From positions 37,824 to 101,823 of the forward strand of contig JAEWPV010000006.1 of NCBI GenBank assembly GCA_023460535.1: a DNA stretch of 64,000 bases, read 5' to 3'. The position numbers and the translations under genes were made by a program. Below are positions 36,264 through 46,970 of this stretch, piece after piece. Positions within the stretch are counted from its first letter, which is position 1. The number at the start of each line of letters is the position of its first letter. Source of the stretch: Bacillota bacterium. GTDB taxonomy: Bacteria > Bacillota > Clostridia > Oscillospirales > Ruminococcaceae. The notes beneath the pieces were generated by a model, which was given only the letters and a program-made list of their open reading frames with translations, made no database searches and was not told the origin of the DNA.

Positions 36264-36302
36264 AAACCCTTCGGCGCGCGCAGGCGCGCTTGAAGGGTTT
36301 TT
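36264..36302 (+). terminator. Intrinsic terminator after ricT
   Basis: AAACCCTTCGGCGCGC/GCGCGCTTGAAGGGTTT followed by TT. Confidence 0.75.
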
Positions 36303-36379
36303 ACGGGTCATCCGTGTACTGCTGTTTTACAAACAATGGTGTTACAACACAATAGTTGGGATTGATGTATTGTTGATTT

Positions 36380-36416
36380 AGGAGCCTTATTGCATAAGGA
36401 GCCTTATTGCATAAGG
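36380..36416. repeat. 17-bp tandem duplication in the murD upstream region
   Basis: AGGAGCCTTATTGCATA x2 plus AGG. Confidence 0.9.
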
Positions 36417-36460
36417 CGGGCAAATTGGTACTACCATAGAATCGGGGGAGGAACGACACA

Positions 36461-37852
36461 ATGGATTCAAGGATTGAAGGCTTTTTTAAGGGCAGCGCGG
36501 GTAAGCGCGTCTGCTTTGTGGGCATCGGGGTATCCAACACCGACGCCATGCTGCTGTTTGCCCAAAAGGGCGCCGTTGTTACGGCATGCGATAAAAAAAC
36601 AAGGGACGCGCTGGGCGATACCGCTGATTGTCTTGAAAAAGCGGGCATTACGCTAAAGCTGGGCGACGGGTATCTCGATAATCTAGGTGATTACGATGTG
36701 GTGTTTCGCACCCCGGGCATGCGGTACAACACGCCGGAACTTGAGCAGGCGCGCGCAAAGGGCGTGGTGATTACCAGCGAGCTGGAGGTTTTCTTTGACC
36801 TGTGCCCCTGCCAGATTGTCGCGGTAACAGGCAGCGACGGCAAAACCACCACCACTACCATCATCAGCGAGCTGTTTAAAAAGCAGGGTCGGCGGGTGTT
36901 TTTAGGCGGGAACATCGGTATTCCGCTGCTCGCAAGCATTGAGCAGATTACACCGGACGACGTAGCGGTGGTGGAGCTTTCCAGCTTTCAGCTTATCTCT
37001 ATGCGCACCTCGCCCCATATCGCAGTGGTAACCAATCTCTCGCCCAATCATTTGGATATGCATACCGATATGCAGGAGTACGTAAACGCCAAAAAGAACA
37101 TCTTCCTGCACCAAAACGGCTTTTCCCGCACCGTGCTGAACCTTGACAACGACATCACCCGTTCGTTTGTACCAGAGACAAGAGGGGATACCCTTCTGTT
37201 TTCCCGTGCCGGCAAGGTAAGCCGCGGCACGTTTGTAAACAACGACGGCTTTTTATGCATGGCGGACGAAACGGGGGTACACGAGCTGTTTCATCAAGAT
37301 GCCATTAAGATTCCCGGCGGGCATAATATAGAGAACTACCTTGCCGCAATCGCAGCCACTTGGGGCTATATTTCCGCGGAAAATATTGAATACGTAGCCA
37401 AAACATTTTCCGGCGTTGCCCACCGCATCGAGTTTGTGCGCGAAATAGAAGGCGTGCGCTGGTACAACGATTCCATCGCCACCACCCCGTCGCGCACCGC
37501 AGCGGGGCTGCGTGCCTTTTCACAGCCTGTTATTGTGATAGCAGGCGGGTATGATAAGAAGATACCGTTTGCACCCCTTGCTCCGGAGCTGATTCGCTAT
37601 GCAAAGCTTGTGGTGCTGTTGGGAGACACCGCGTCCGCCATTCGTGACGCGGTCACCTCATGCACGGGCTACCGCGAGGGTGCGCCCCAGCTTATTATGG
37701 TCTCCTCGCTGGAGGAGGCGGTACGCACCGCGCACCAAAAGGCGGAAAATGGCGACGTTGTTACGCTCTCGCCCGCGTGCGCAAGCTTTGATATGTTTAA
37801 AGACTACAAGACGCGCGGCGAGCGGTTTAAAGAGCTTGTTAGCGCCCTGTAA
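36461..37852 (+). CDS. murD: UDP-N-acetylmuramoyl-L-alanine--D-glutamate ligase
   Basis: GIGVSN, TGSDGKTTT, GGNIG, ELSSFQL, HRIE, NDSIAT, SPACASFD. Confidence 0.96.
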   Translation: MDSRIEGFFKGSAGKRVCFVGIGVSNTDAMLLFAQKGAVVTACDKKTRDALGDTADCLEKAGITLKLGDGYLDNLGDYDVVFRTPGMRYNTPELEQARAKGVVITSELEVFFDLCPCQIVAVTGSDGKTTTTTIISELFKKQGRRVFLGGNIGIPLLASIEQITPDDVAVVELSSFQLISMRTSPHIAVVTNLSPNHLDMHTDMQEYVNAKKNIFLHQNGFSRTVLNLDNDITRSFVPETRGDTLLFSRAGKVSRGTFVNNDGFLCMADETGVHELFHQDAIKIPGGHNIENYLAAIAATWGYISAENIEYVAKTFSGVAHRIEFVREIEGVRWYNDSIATTPSRTAAGLRAFSQPVIVIAGGYDKKIPFAPLAPELIRYAKLVVLLGDTASAIRDAVTSCTGYREGAPQLIMVSSLEEAVRTAHQKAENGDVVTLSPACASFDMFKDYKTRGERFKELVSAL

Positions 37853-37875
37853 ATGATAAGGGGAAGGAGCACACA

Positions 37876-38904
37876 ATGATTAACTCACTCATCAAGGAAC
37901 TCACCCGCCCGGTGGGCGTTTCGGGCGACGAGGGCGAAGCGGCAAAGACCGCCTGCGACCTGCTGGGGGCCTACGGTACCACCGTCACCGACGCGCTGGG
38001 CAATGTAATATGTACCGTCAAAGCACCGAAAGAAGGAAGCCCGCACATCCTGCTGGACGCGCACCTTGACCAAATCGGGCTTATCGTGCAGTCTGTGGAC
38101 GAGAAAGGCTTTGTGCACGTCACAAACTGCGGCGGCATAGACCGGCGCGTGCTTATGGCGTCCGACGTCACGGTGTACGGTACAAAGCCTTTATTCGGCG
38201 TTATATGTAGCAGCCCGCCCCATCTGTCTGCCGACGGAGACAGCAAAAAGGCACCCAAACTCGAGGATATCGCAATAGATGTCGGGCTTACTGCACAGCA
38301 GGCACAGCAGACAATTTCTCCCGGCGACCGCGTAACGCTTGCAGGACGAGTGGATACCTTAATTGGCGGACAGGTTGTGTCGCAGGCGCTGGACGATCGG
38401 GTAAGCTGTGCCGCCATCCTACGCTGCCTTGCGCTGTTAAAGGACAAGGATATCCCATGCGGGCTTTCCGTCCTGTTCTCCACCCGCGAGGAGGTGGGCG
38501 GGCAGGGTGCAGCCACCGGTGCGTTTTCCGTTCGCCCCACCGAGGCGATCGTGGTGGACGTCAGCTACGCCTACACCCCAGATTCCCCGCGGCATAAATG
38601 CGGCGACATGGGCAAGGGGCCGATGATCGGCATTGCGCCTGTCCTGTCGCGCACACTCTCCACCCACCTGTGCGAGCTTGCAAAGCGCGAGAATATCCCA
38701 TATCAGGTTGAGGTGATGGACGGTGTAACGGGCACCAATGCGGACCGCATCGTGGTATCGCGCAGCGGAGTGCTCACGGGCATGGTCTCTATCCCCATCA
38801 AATACATGCACACCCCCATCGAAACGGTCTGCCCCGACGATGTGGAGCATTCCGCCCGGTTGATAGCGGCCTATGTCATGCAGAAGGAGGGCGACCGGTT
38901 ATGA
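37876..38904 (+). CDS. M42 family aminopeptidase
   Basis: AHLDQIG, GGID, LDDR, REEVG, YMHTP. Confidence 0.9.
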   Translation: MINSLIKELTRPVGVSGDEGEAAKTACDLLGAYGTTVTDALGNVICTVKAPKEGSPHILLDAHLDQIGLIVQSVDEKGFVHVTNCGGIDRRVLMASDVTVYGTKPLFGVICSSPPHLSADGDSKKAPKLEDIAIDVGLTAQQAQQTISPGDRVTLAGRVDTLIGGQVVSQALDDRVSCAAILRCLALLKDKDIPCGLSVLFSTREEVGGQGAATGAFSVRPTEAIVVDVSYAYTPDSPRHKCGDMGKGPMIGIAPVLSRTLSTHLCELAKRENIPYQVEVMDGVTGTNADRIVVSRSGVLTGMVSIPIKYMHTPIETVCPDDVEHSARLIAAYVMQKEGDRL

Positions 38905-39926
38905 TACAGCGGATAGAAGCGTTAAGCACCCTGTTCGCACCTTCCGGCATGGAGGACGCGGTACGGGATTATATCATCCAACAGATTAAGGGGCACTGCA
39001 CCTATCACGTCGATGCCCTGGGCAACCTGATTGTGTTTAAAAAGGGAAAATCCGAGCCGAAAAACCGCCTGATAATCGCCGCGCACATGGACGAGGTGGG
39101 CTTTATCGTCACCTACATTGAGCAGACCGGATTGCTGCGCTTTTCGTGTGTGGGCGGTATTGATCCCCGCGTGATTGTGGGCAAGCGGCTCCGCGTTGGC
39201 GCGCAGGGATTATGCGGTGTAATCGGCACCAAGCCCGTGCACCTTGTAAAGGGCGACGAGCGGGATAAAATGCCCGATTTGGACACCCTGTATATTGACA
39301 TCGGCGCGGCAGACCGAGCCGAAGTGTTACGCCACGTAGCACTCGGCGACTACGCGGTGTTCGACTCTGCGTTTGTACGCTTTGGCGAGGATTTGATTAA
39401 GGGCAAGGCGCTTGACGACCGCGCCGGCTGCGCCGTGATGATAGAGATGATTCGCTCCGAGCTGGAATACGACACCTACTTTGCATTCAATGTGCAGGAG
39501 GAGGTCGGCTGCCGTGGCGCAGTGGCTTCCGCCTACTCGATAAACCCCGACTGTGCAATCGTGCTCGAGGCAACCACCGCGGCAGACATCGCGGGCGTTG
39601 CAGAGGAAAAACAGGTCTGCCGTGTGGGAGAAGGCCCCGTGGTGTCGTTTATGGACAAGGGTACGGTGTACGACCGCGACCTGTACCGCTTGGCGTTTGA
39701 GGTTGCGAAGGAGCAGGGCGTACCCTGCCAGCCCAAACGGCTGGTTGCGGGCGGCAACGAGGCGGGCGTTATCCACAAGTCCCGCGCCGGGGTACGAACC
39801 CTTGCGCTTTCCATGCCCTGCCGCTACCTGCATTCTCCGGCGTGCGTGCTCAAGGTGTCCGACATTGACGCAACCCTACGGCTGGCAACCGCCGCCGCGC
39901 AGCGGATGAGCGTACAGCAATGGTAA
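38901..39926 (+). CDS. M42 family aminopeptidase
   Basis: AHMDEVG, GGIDPR, KALDDRAG, QEEVG, RYLHSP. Confidence 0.92.
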   Translation: MIQRIEALSTLFAPSGMEDAVRDYIIQQIKGHCTYHVDALGNLIVFKKGKSEPKNRLIIAAHMDEVGFIVTYIEQTGLLRFSCVGGIDPRVIVGKRLRVGAQGLCGVIGTKPVHLVKGDERDKMPDLDTLYIDIGAADRAEVLRHVALGDYAVFDSAFVRFGEDLIKGKALDDRAGCAVMIEMIRSELEYDTYFAFNVQEEVGCRGAVASAYSINPDCAIVLEATTAADIAGVAEEKQVCRVGEGPVVSFMDKGTVYDRDLYRLAFEVAKEQGVPCQPKRLVAGGNEAGVIHKSRAGVRTLALSMPCRYLHSPACVLKVSDIDATLRLATAAAQRMSVQQW

Positions 39927-39993
39927 TGCAACGTGTGTGATGCACGCCGGGTGTCACAGCATCCGCCACAACCTGCATCAAGGGGGTACGACA

Positions 39994-40794
39994 ATGGTTC
40001 ACAGGGTAGACAAAAGCAACGAAGCCGATCTGTACAAGGTGCTTGCCTGCAACCCGCTGTTTGGCGCGTCCATTCGCGCAAACTACGAGGTGTACGGGCG
40101 GGATGAGCGATACCTTTCGCTTTGGTTGATATATGACGAGCAGGCAACACCCCACATGGCGGTGCAGTACTATCAGGAAACCATAACCCTGTGCTGCGCG
40201 CCGGAGGACGACAACGGCACATTCTTTGCGTCGTTTCTCACGCTTGCACCACCCTGGCGGTCGATTATCGGTCCCGAGCGCATGCTTGCAAACCTGCCCG
40301 CCCGTGTTAAAGACGCAAGAAGCATGCGCAGCGGCAGCGTGATGGTGCTTGACAATGCACCCCAATACTTTGCGCCTCCAAAGGCGACGGAGCTGGTTTC
40401 TCATCTTAACTTTCGCAGTCTGTTTACCTTGCTTGGCGAGTGCAGTGACGAGTATAAAAACCGCGCCGACTACCATTTTTGGTACACCGACCTTTCCTAC
40501 CGCCTTCGGCACGGCGGTGCGCGGGTTACGGCGTTAAAGGCAAACGGTCTGTATACCAGCACCGCCAGTGCCTACATATCGGGGGACATTGCCGTTGTAC
40601 GGGACGTATGCACCCTGTCCGATCAGCGCGGGCGCGGTCATGCAAAGGCGGTAGTATCTGCGCTTTGCGCTGCTCTTTATGCGGACGGCATCCGTCCCTG
40701 TCTGCTCAGCGTTTCGCCGGAGGCGGACGCGCTGTACCATCAGTCGGGCTTTCGGGTGCAGAGTTTGTGGGCGGCGCTTTACAATAACGTGTGA
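39994..40794 (+). CDS. GNAT family acetyltransferase (C-terminal GNAT domain)
   Basis: 'VCTLSDQRGRGHA', 'ADALYHQSGF'. Confidence 0.78.
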   Translation: MVHRVDKSNEADLYKVLACNPLFGASIRANYEVYGRDERYLSLWLIYDEQATPHMAVQYYQETITLCCAPEDDNGTFFASFLTLAPPWRSIIGPERMLANLPARVKDARSMRSGSVMVLDNAPQYFAPPKATELVSHLNFRSLFTLLGECSDEYKNRADYHFWYTDLSYRLRHGGARVTALKANGLYTSTASAYISGDIAVVRDVCTLSDQRGRGHAKAVVSALCAALYADGIRPCLLSVSPEADALYHQSGFRVQSLWAALYNNV

Positions 40795-40840
40795 TGGTCT
40801 AATTCGCTATAGTATACCTTGAAAGGTTTGAAAATATAAA

Positions 40841-42097
40841 ATGAACAACAATCCGTTTTCCATCAGTCCGCAAACTCTGGAGCACGCAAACACTGCCGAA
40901 CGCGCCTGCGCGCCGATTTTTGAGGATATCGAGCGCCGCGCGGAGTATGCGCAGATGAAGGTGCAAAAGGCGTTTTACGATAACCGGGTCAGCGAGGCAC
41001 ATTTTGCCCCCACAACCGGCTACGGCTACGGCGATATCGGACGCGAAACGGCGGATAAGGTGTTCGCGCAGATTATGGGCGCCGAGGACGCAATCATCCG
41101 TCACAACTTTGTGTCGGGAACCCACGCGCTCAGCGTGGCGCTGTTTGGCGTGCTTCGCCCGGGCGACCTGATGCTCAGTCTCTCGGGGCTGCCGTACGAC
41201 ACGCTGCAGGGGGTTATCGGCATCCGCAACGCTGGTAGCGGCTCGCTTAAGGATTTTGGCGTGCGCTACGAGGAGCTTTCGCTGCTCCCAGACGGTACGC
41301 CCGACTACGAGGAGATTGCAAAACAGGCGGGCAGAGCGAGGGTGTGCTATGTCCAGCGCTCGCGCGGCTACGCGCTGCGCCCGTCCCTTACCATAGAGGT
41401 GATAGAGCGGATGTGTCAAACGGTGCGTGCCGCAAATCCCAAGGCAATCATTATGGTCGATAACTGCTACGGCGAGTTTGTAGAGGACAAAGAGCCTACA
41501 CAGGTGGGCGCGCACCTCATCATCGGCTCACTGATTAAAAACCCAGGCGGCGGCATTGCACGTACGGGGGGTTACATAGCGGGCAGAAGCGACCTGGTTA
41601 CGCTGTGCGCCGACCGCCTTACCACAGTGGGGACGGGCAGGGAGGTGGGCTGTACCCTGGGCAATACCCGCGAGGTGCTTATGGGGCTATTCTTTGCGCC
41701 CAACGTGGTGGCTAGTGCGCTAAAGACCGCGGTGCTTACCGCAAGACTGTTTGCCGACCTTGGCTTTGATGTATACCCAACCTTCGACCAGCCCCGCACC
41801 GACATCATTCAGGCGGTCACCCTTGTCACTCCCGAGCGCGTAAAGGCGTTCTGCGGCGGCATCCAAAAGGGGTCGCCCGTCGATTCGTTTGCCGTACCCG
41901 AGCCGTGGGACATGCCCGGCTACGAGGACCCCGTCATCATGGCGGCAGGCGCGTTTACCATGGGCGCGTCCATCGAGCTTTCAGCCGACGCACCCATGCG
42001 CGAACCGTATGCTGTGTGGATGCAGGGAGGGCTGACCTACTACAGCGCAAAGCTCGGCATCCTGCTCGCCGCCGACGCGGTACGCGCGTGCCGGTAA
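40841..42097 (+). CDS. Methionine gamma-lyase family / aluminium-resistance protein (YnbB-like)
   Basis: 'TGYGYGDIGR', 'SGTHAL', 'VDNCYGEF', 'GSLIKNPGGG', 'IELSADAP'. Confidence 0.93.
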   Translation: MNNNPFSISPQTLEHANTAERACAPIFEDIERRAEYAQMKVQKAFYDNRVSEAHFAPTTGYGYGDIGRETADKVFAQIMGAEDAIIRHNFVSGTHALSVALFGVLRPGDLMLSLSGLPYDTLQGVIGIRNAGSGSLKDFGVRYEELSLLPDGTPDYEEIAKQAGRARVCYVQRSRGYALRPSLTIEVIERMCQTVRAANPKAIIMVDNCYGEFVEDKEPTQVGAHLIIGSLIKNPGGGIARTGGYIAGRSDLVTLCADRLTTVGTGREVGCTLGNTREVLMGLFFAPNVVASALKTAVLTARLFADLGFDVYPTFDQPRTDIIQAVTLVTPERVKAFCGGIQKGSPVDSFAVPEPWDMPGYEDPVIMAAGAFTMGASIELSADAPMREPYAVWMQGGLTYYSAKLGILLAADAVRACR

Positions 42098-42121
42098 ATA
42101 TAGTCAGCTTTTAAACAGCAA

Positions 42122-42156
42122 AAAAGGTCATCCGCCGAAAAAACGGATGACCTTTT
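42122..42156. terminator. Bidirectional terminator
   Basis: AAAAGGTCATCCG/CGGATGACCTTTT. Confidence 0.8.
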
Positions 42157-42168
42157 CTGAATGATGGC

Positions 42169-44199
42169 CTACTTAATTTGAATTTCATCTAAGCGGTCTG
42201 CAGGCGCAAGGCATGTGCCGTCCTTACACAGGTAGTATCTCGCACCCTGCTCGGGCAGTGGATATTCGACCGTGTACGGCGCGATCTCCGCAAGCATTTG
42301 CGCGTTTTCTTGCGTCTTTATGATAACGCCCATATCATATAACCCCTGTTTCTTAATAAAAGAGGCCACCGACTGCGTGACCGAGTCGTTTGCAGCCGCG
42401 CATACCAGTGTGGGTGGCTTATGCAAAAAATGCAAAAAGGAATACAACGCGAAGCAGTAGCCCGCAGGGTAAGCGGTTATACTTCCGCATAAAAAGCGCA
42501 GCTGTTGTTCGCTCTGCCGCCGCCAATAGTCAGATGCCGTCAATAACGACAGCCGTTCAAACACAGCCGCCGCGACAGAGTTGCCCGATGGGATCGCACC
42601 GTCGTACACCTCCTTGGGGCGGCTGATTAGCGCTTGTGCGTCGTCTGCGTTTAGAAAAAATCCGCCGCCCTGCTCGTCGCTAAAATGCTGTGCAACCTCC
42701 CGGGCGATTCTATCGGCTCTGGCAAGGTAATACGTCTCATAACCCGTGTCGTACAGCTCAAGCAACGCCCACGCATAAAAGGCGTAGTCGTCCAATAGCC
42801 CTTGCCCAGCCGCGTCGCCGTCGCGCCAACGCACCATCAGCCTGCCGTCCTTGCCGGTCAGCTTCTGCTCAATAAAATCCTGCGCACGTTGCGCACAGGT
42901 AAGATACTCCTGCTTGCCCGTTACACGGTACGCCTTAGCAAGTGCCACAATCATCAGCGCGTTCCAAGAGGTGAGTATTTTATCGTCCTTGTGCAGGTGA
43001 GTTCTGTTTATTCGGTATTCATACAAGGGCTTACACAGTGCTTCAATATCTTCGTTAACCTGCGCGTACTTGTCGTTGTTTATAAGGTTCGGAATACTCT
43101 TGCCTTCAAAGTTGCCGTTTGGGGTGATGTCAAACCATGCACAAAACTGTGCTGCACCCGCCTTGCCGATTACCTGCTCAATCTCCTTTGGGGTAAACAC
43201 ATAGTATTTGCCCTCCACACCGTCGCTGTCCGCATCCTGTCCGCACAAAAAGCCGCCGTCCGGGTGGGTCAGCTCCCGAAGCACATAGTCGATGGTTCGT
43301 TCGGCTACCCGAAGATACAGCACTTTGCTTGTTTGCTCAAACGCGGTCAGGTAGGTGTAGGTGAGCAGGGCATTGTCGTACAGCATCTTTTCAAAGTGGG
43401 GAACCAGCCACCGCCCGTCGGTGGAATACCGCGAAAAGCCGCCGCCGATATGGTCGAATATGCCGCCGCGAAACATCCCCAGCAGGGTCTGTTCCGCCAT
43501 CGTCACTGCATCATTATTCCCGTAGATTTTGCCGTACCGCATCAAAAACAGCAGATTGTGCGGCGAGGGGAATTTTGGTGCCGCGCCAAACCCGCCGTAC
43601 CTTGCATCAAATCCGTTTTGCAACAGATCAGCCCCACTGTGTATCAGCTCATCGGGGTGCTGCGCGTCATCCAACGAGGGTTGCGTCTGGCCGTTAAGGT
43701 ATTCGGTCACGCCCTCGGCGGCATCCAGTAAGGACTTCCGGTTCTCCCTCCACAGAAGGGCGATCCGGTTTAGCAGGTCGTCCAGTCCCAACCGGTCGCC
43801 AAACCCGCGTTTGGGCAGGTAGGTAGCGGTATAAAACGGGCGCTGGTCGGGCGTCATCAATATCGTTAACGGCCAGCCGCCGTGTCCCGTCAGGCCCACA
43901 CAGGCGGACATATACACCGCGTCCACATCAGGGCGCTCCTCCCGATCCACTTTAATGCACACAAAATGCTTGTTGAGTATCGCCGCGGTCTCCTCATCCT
44001 CAAACGATTCGTGCTCCATCACATGGCACCAATGGCAGGTGGAATAGCCGATGGACAAAAACACCGGCTTATCTTCGTTTGCCGCCTTGTCAAACGCAGC
44101 GTTACCCCATGGGTACCAGTCAACCGGATTGTACGCATGCTGGAGCAGATAGGGGGATTTTTCATGAATCAAGCGATTGGGGCTCGTTTCAATATCCAC
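42169..44199 (-). CDS. Thioredoxin-domain protein YyaL (DUF255 / SSP411 family)
   Basis: '[19 protein letters not shown]', 'CHWCHVM', '[11 protein letters not shown]', 'DADSDG'. Confidence 0.93.
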   Translation of the reverse strand: MDIETSPNRLIHEKSPYLLQHAYNPVDWYPWGNAAFDKAANEDKPVFLSIGYSTCHWCHVMEHESFEDEETAAILNKHFVCIKVDREERPDVDAVYMSACVGLTGHGGWPLTILMTPDQRPFYTATYLPKRGFGDRLGLDDLLNRIALLWRENRKSLLDAAEGVTEYLNGQTQPSLDDAQHPDELIHSGADLLQNGFDARYGGFGAAPKFPSPHNLLFLMRYGKIYGNNDAVTMAEQTLLGMFRGGIFDHIGGGFSRYSTDGRWLVPHFEKMLYDNALLTYTYLTAFEQTSKVLYLRVAERTIDYVLRELTHPDGGFLCGQDADSDGVEGKYYVFTPKEIEQVIGKAGAAQFCAWFDITPNGNFEGKSIPNLINNDKYAQVNEDIEALCKPLYEYRINRTHLHKDDKILTSWNALMIVALAKAYRVTGKQEYLTCAQRAQDFIEQKLTGKDGRLMVRWRDGDAAGQGLLDDYAFYAWALLELYDTGYETYYLARADRIAREVAQHFSDEQGGGFFLNADDAQALISRPKEVYDGAIPSGNSVAAAVFERLSLLTASDYWRRQSEQQLRFLCGSITAYPAGYCFALYSFLHFLHKPPTLVCAAANDSVTQSVASFIKKQGLYDMGVIIKTQENAQMLAEIAPYTVEYPLPEQGARYYLCKDGTCLAPADRLDEIQIK

Positions 44200-44466
44200 A
44201 AATTGCCACCTCTCAAGTAAGATAATCGTATGCGTATACAGGCTACAACCGGCTCCTGCGGATGATTCGCCGTTAGGATTTAACGCTGTTTCTCGTTAAC
44301 CTTTGTTTCATGCGAAAAGAATGAGAGTCAACTGTATCCGGTTTAATATCATTATATCACAGTGCCAATCGGAAGGCCTTTAATAAAAGTGTAACACTCA
44401 TTCATTGTAATCGCAACCAGGACACAGTATGGTGTAGCGGTGTTTCGATATCCAGAGACTGTTTAC

Positions 44467-45381
44467 CTACTCTTCTTTGCCACGTTCCGCTGTTAACCGA
44501 CTGTTCCTCGTATTCGCATACTCAAACCCCGCGTGGCTGCTGGTCAGGTCAAATACCCGCTCGCCCGCGCGGTACAGCCGGTAACGCACGGTGCATGCAA
44601 CGCTTTCGTGAACGGTGCGGGTCATGGCTCCGCCTGTGGGCGCGTTCAGGGCGCGCGGGCATTCGGTGATTCGGTTTATCTGCAAAACGGTACGCCCCTG
44701 CGAAACAATCAGCTCAGACGGGGTGCATTTGATTATCGCCGCACCCAGATAGGTGGCAAGGCGATATTCCTTACCATGATAATATACGCAGCATACCGTG
44801 CCGTGTATGGTATAACGCGCAAGCGGGATGTCGGCGACGCTTGCCATTACGCACACGTCCTCGCCGTCAAAGCTGTTGCATTGTGTCCACATGTAGTTTT
44901 CGGGGAACGAGTGACCGCCGTCCGTTTCAATATAGCCACAGCCTCCGTCAAAGTCAAAGGGTTGCCCACCAATCACAAGCTTGCCGCTTAACTCGTGCAG
45001 AAAGCTTACAACACCATGTCGGCATTCCAGGTGTGGTATATATCGCACCGGTCCCATAATATCGCCGCGCGGTGGCGTCAGAGCACCGTAACGAAGCTCG
45101 CCTGTCGCCGTAAGGCCGCCCTGGTCGATGTCAAGCGATATTCCCTCTGCGGTAAACACACTTGCGCCAATGCGCAGCCCAAGCCCTTCGCGAACCTTTA
45201 CAATTGGGCTGTGCAGGTAGTCGGCGTTTACCGACCCGTCATCCCATATCAACTGGATGGAGGCGGTTGTGTGCCCGCTGTGGTCGCGGTGAATGGCGGG
45301 GATAATCGCAACCGTTTTGCCGGCGTTTTGATGCTTAAAATACCAGCCCTCAAAGTAAGGTCTGCGCGTCTGTTTATTCAT
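44467..45381 (-). CDS. Tocopherol cyclase-like protein
   Basis: 'YFEGWYFK', 'DIMGP...LECRHGVVS', 'GYIE.D.G.SFP..Y.W.Q', 'LATYLGA'. Confidence 0.82.
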   Translation of the reverse strand: MNKQTRRPYFEGWYFKHQNAGKTVAIIPAIHRDHSGHTTASIQLIWDDGSVNADYLHSPIVKVREGLGLRIGASVFTAEGISLDIDQGGLTATGELRYGALTPPRGDIMGPVRYIPHLECRHGVVSFLHELSGKLVIGGQPFDFDGGCGYIETDGGHSFPENYMWTQCNSFDGEDVCVMASVADIPLARYTIHGTVCCVYYHGKEYRLATYLGAAIIKCTPSELIVSQGRTVLQINRITECPRALNAPTGGAMTRTVHESVACTVRYRLYRAGERVFDLTSSHAGFEYANTRNSRLTAERGKEE

Positions 45382-46834
45382 GCTTTAACCCTCCCAATGC
45401 CGGATTATCAATTAACTTGCCGGTGTAATCAAACCGGGAACCGTGGCAGGGGCAGTCCCAGCTTCGTTCGGCGGGGTTCCATTCCAGCTGGCAGCCAAGG
45501 TGCGGGCAGCGGGTACTTACCACGTGAACCTGTCCGTTCTCGTCCTTATACACCCCCATCTTGTGCCCCTTGTATTCCACTATGCCGCCGTGACCATTTG
45601 GCAGGGCGCTGGTGTGGGTGGCGGGTATACTCAAAAACTCCGCGGCAAGCCCTTTAACCGACTGCGCACCGTCTTCTGCCAGCTGCTTTGCCGAGGCGGA
45701 GAGTACAAACCGCTGGGGACTAAACACCTCGGCATACGGATTATCCCGCCCCGTAACCGCGTCACTCAGCAGTCTGGCCGCTGCCATCGAACTAGTCATA
45801 CCCCACTTCTTAAAGCCGGTTGCCACATACCAGTCGGGCGTTGCGGCCGAAAATCTGCCGATGTAAGGTACGCCGTCCATCGGGATGCAGTCCTGTGCCG
45901 ACCACGCCGCGATTTCAATGCCGCCCGGATACCATCTCCTTGCTTCGGTGCGCAGTAAGTCATACTGGTTTTTCAGATGCGCTTCGCCTGTGCGGTGGTT
46001 TCCTCCGCCCACAATTAATGTACTGCCGCTGGAACGCAAGGACAGTGCGCCCGCATCAATACCATAATACATTCCTTCGGGAAGCGGCACGTTTTCAAGG
46101 GCAATGGCGTAGGAACGCTCCTGATGCATGCGCATGAAATAGAACCCCGGCGTGTTAAGAAACGGGTAGTGTGTCGCCATTACAATGTGCTTTGCGTGCA
46201 CGCTTCCATTTTCACATAACAGGCTGTGTTCCTTGATGTCGGTGACCTGTGTCTGCTCATATATGGTCAATTTTTCCGCAACCGCCCTTAAAAACCGCAG
46301 GGGATGAAACTGCGCCTGGTTGGCAAACCGCACGGCGCCCAGTGTTTTGATGGGTAGGTCAAGCCGCGTCACATACTGCGCATCCAGCCCAAGCTCGCTG
46401 GCAGCCCTTGCTTCGTCCAGCAGAGCCTGTTCATTGCTTACCGAGTACAGGTAGCTTGCGCGGTGCTCGAACTCGCACTGGATATGCAAGCCGTTTATCA
46501 ATTCCTCAAAAGCGGCAATCGCCCGCTGGTTTGCCATAGCATATTGTCTGGCTTTTTCCATGCCGAAATCCTTAATCAGCTTGGAATACATCAGCCCGTG
46601 CTGCGTGGTTATCTTCGCGGTGGTGTTTTGGGTCTGACCGCTGCCAATCCGCGCCGCCTCCAGCACGACAGTATGGAGCCCCTTCTGCTGCAGAAAGAAC
46701 GCCGTCAGAACACCGGCAAGTCCCGCGCCAATGACGGCGACATCCGCCTCGATATCGCCATGCAGCGGCGCCCGCGGCTCTATCGTAACACTCTTAGACC
46801 ATAAGGACTCGGTGGTTTGTACCATATTCACCAT
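45374..46834 (-). CDS. FAD-dependent oxidoreductase with a C-terminal Rieske domain (YhfW-like)
   Basis: GAGLAG, AQFHPL, WSAQD, GFKKWGMT, CPHLGC...WDCPCHGSRF. Confidence 0.92.
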   Translation of the reverse strand: MVNMVQTTESLWSKSVTIEPRAPLHGDIEADVAVIGAGLAGVLTAFFLQQKGLHTVVLEAARIGSGQTQNTTAKITTQHGLMYSKLIKDFGMEKARQYAMANQRAIAAFEELINGLHIQCEFEHRASYLYSVSNEQALLDEARAASELGLDAQYVTRLDLPIKTLGAVRFANQAQFHPLRFLRAVAEKLTIYEQTQVTDIKEHSLLCENGSVHAKHIVMATHYPFLNTPGFYFMRMHQERSYAIALENVPLPEGMYYGIDAGALSLRSSGSTLIVGGGNHRTGEAHLKNQYDLLRTEARRWYPGGIEIAAWSAQDCIPMDGVPYIGRFSAATPDWYVATGFKKWGMTSSMAAARLLSDAVTGRDNPYAEVFSPQRFVLSASAKQLAEDGAQSVKGLAAEFLSIPATHTSALPNGHGGIVEYKGHKMGVYKDENGQVHVVSTRCPHLGCQLEWNPAERSWDCPCHGSRFDYTGKLIDNPALGGLKHE

Positions 46835-46850
46835 ATTCACCTCACCGGTT

Positions 46851-46880
46851 TAGGATTTACCATCGCCCGCCGAAATATGT
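46851..46880 (-). promoter_or_regulatory. SigF/SigG-like forespore promoter for the yhfW-like operon
   Basis: Minus strand ACATA-18 bp-AATCCTA (GGTAAATCCTA), close to GYATA-N18-CATACTA. Confidence 0.4.
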
Positions 46881-46970
46881 AGGGACTGTTTGGAGCGGAT
46901 TACATTTGCGAAATAGTAAGACAATGGCTATAATAAAGATAACAATGCTACACGAAAGGAAGCAACCGCC

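Noticed and set aside
42802..43731. 309-aa + strand ORF and many similar antisense or alternate-frame ORFs (e.g. 15226-15987, 40799-41515, 56139-56870)
   Set aside because: They shadow well-supported genes on the opposite strand and show no motifs; expected in GC-rich coding DNA
44200..44466. Structured leader for yyaL
   Set aside because: Only short 5-6 bp complementarities, compatible with chance
46822..46839. 9-bp tandem repeat CCATATTCA at the yhfW-like start
   Set aside because: In-frame and short; only makes the start codon ambiguous
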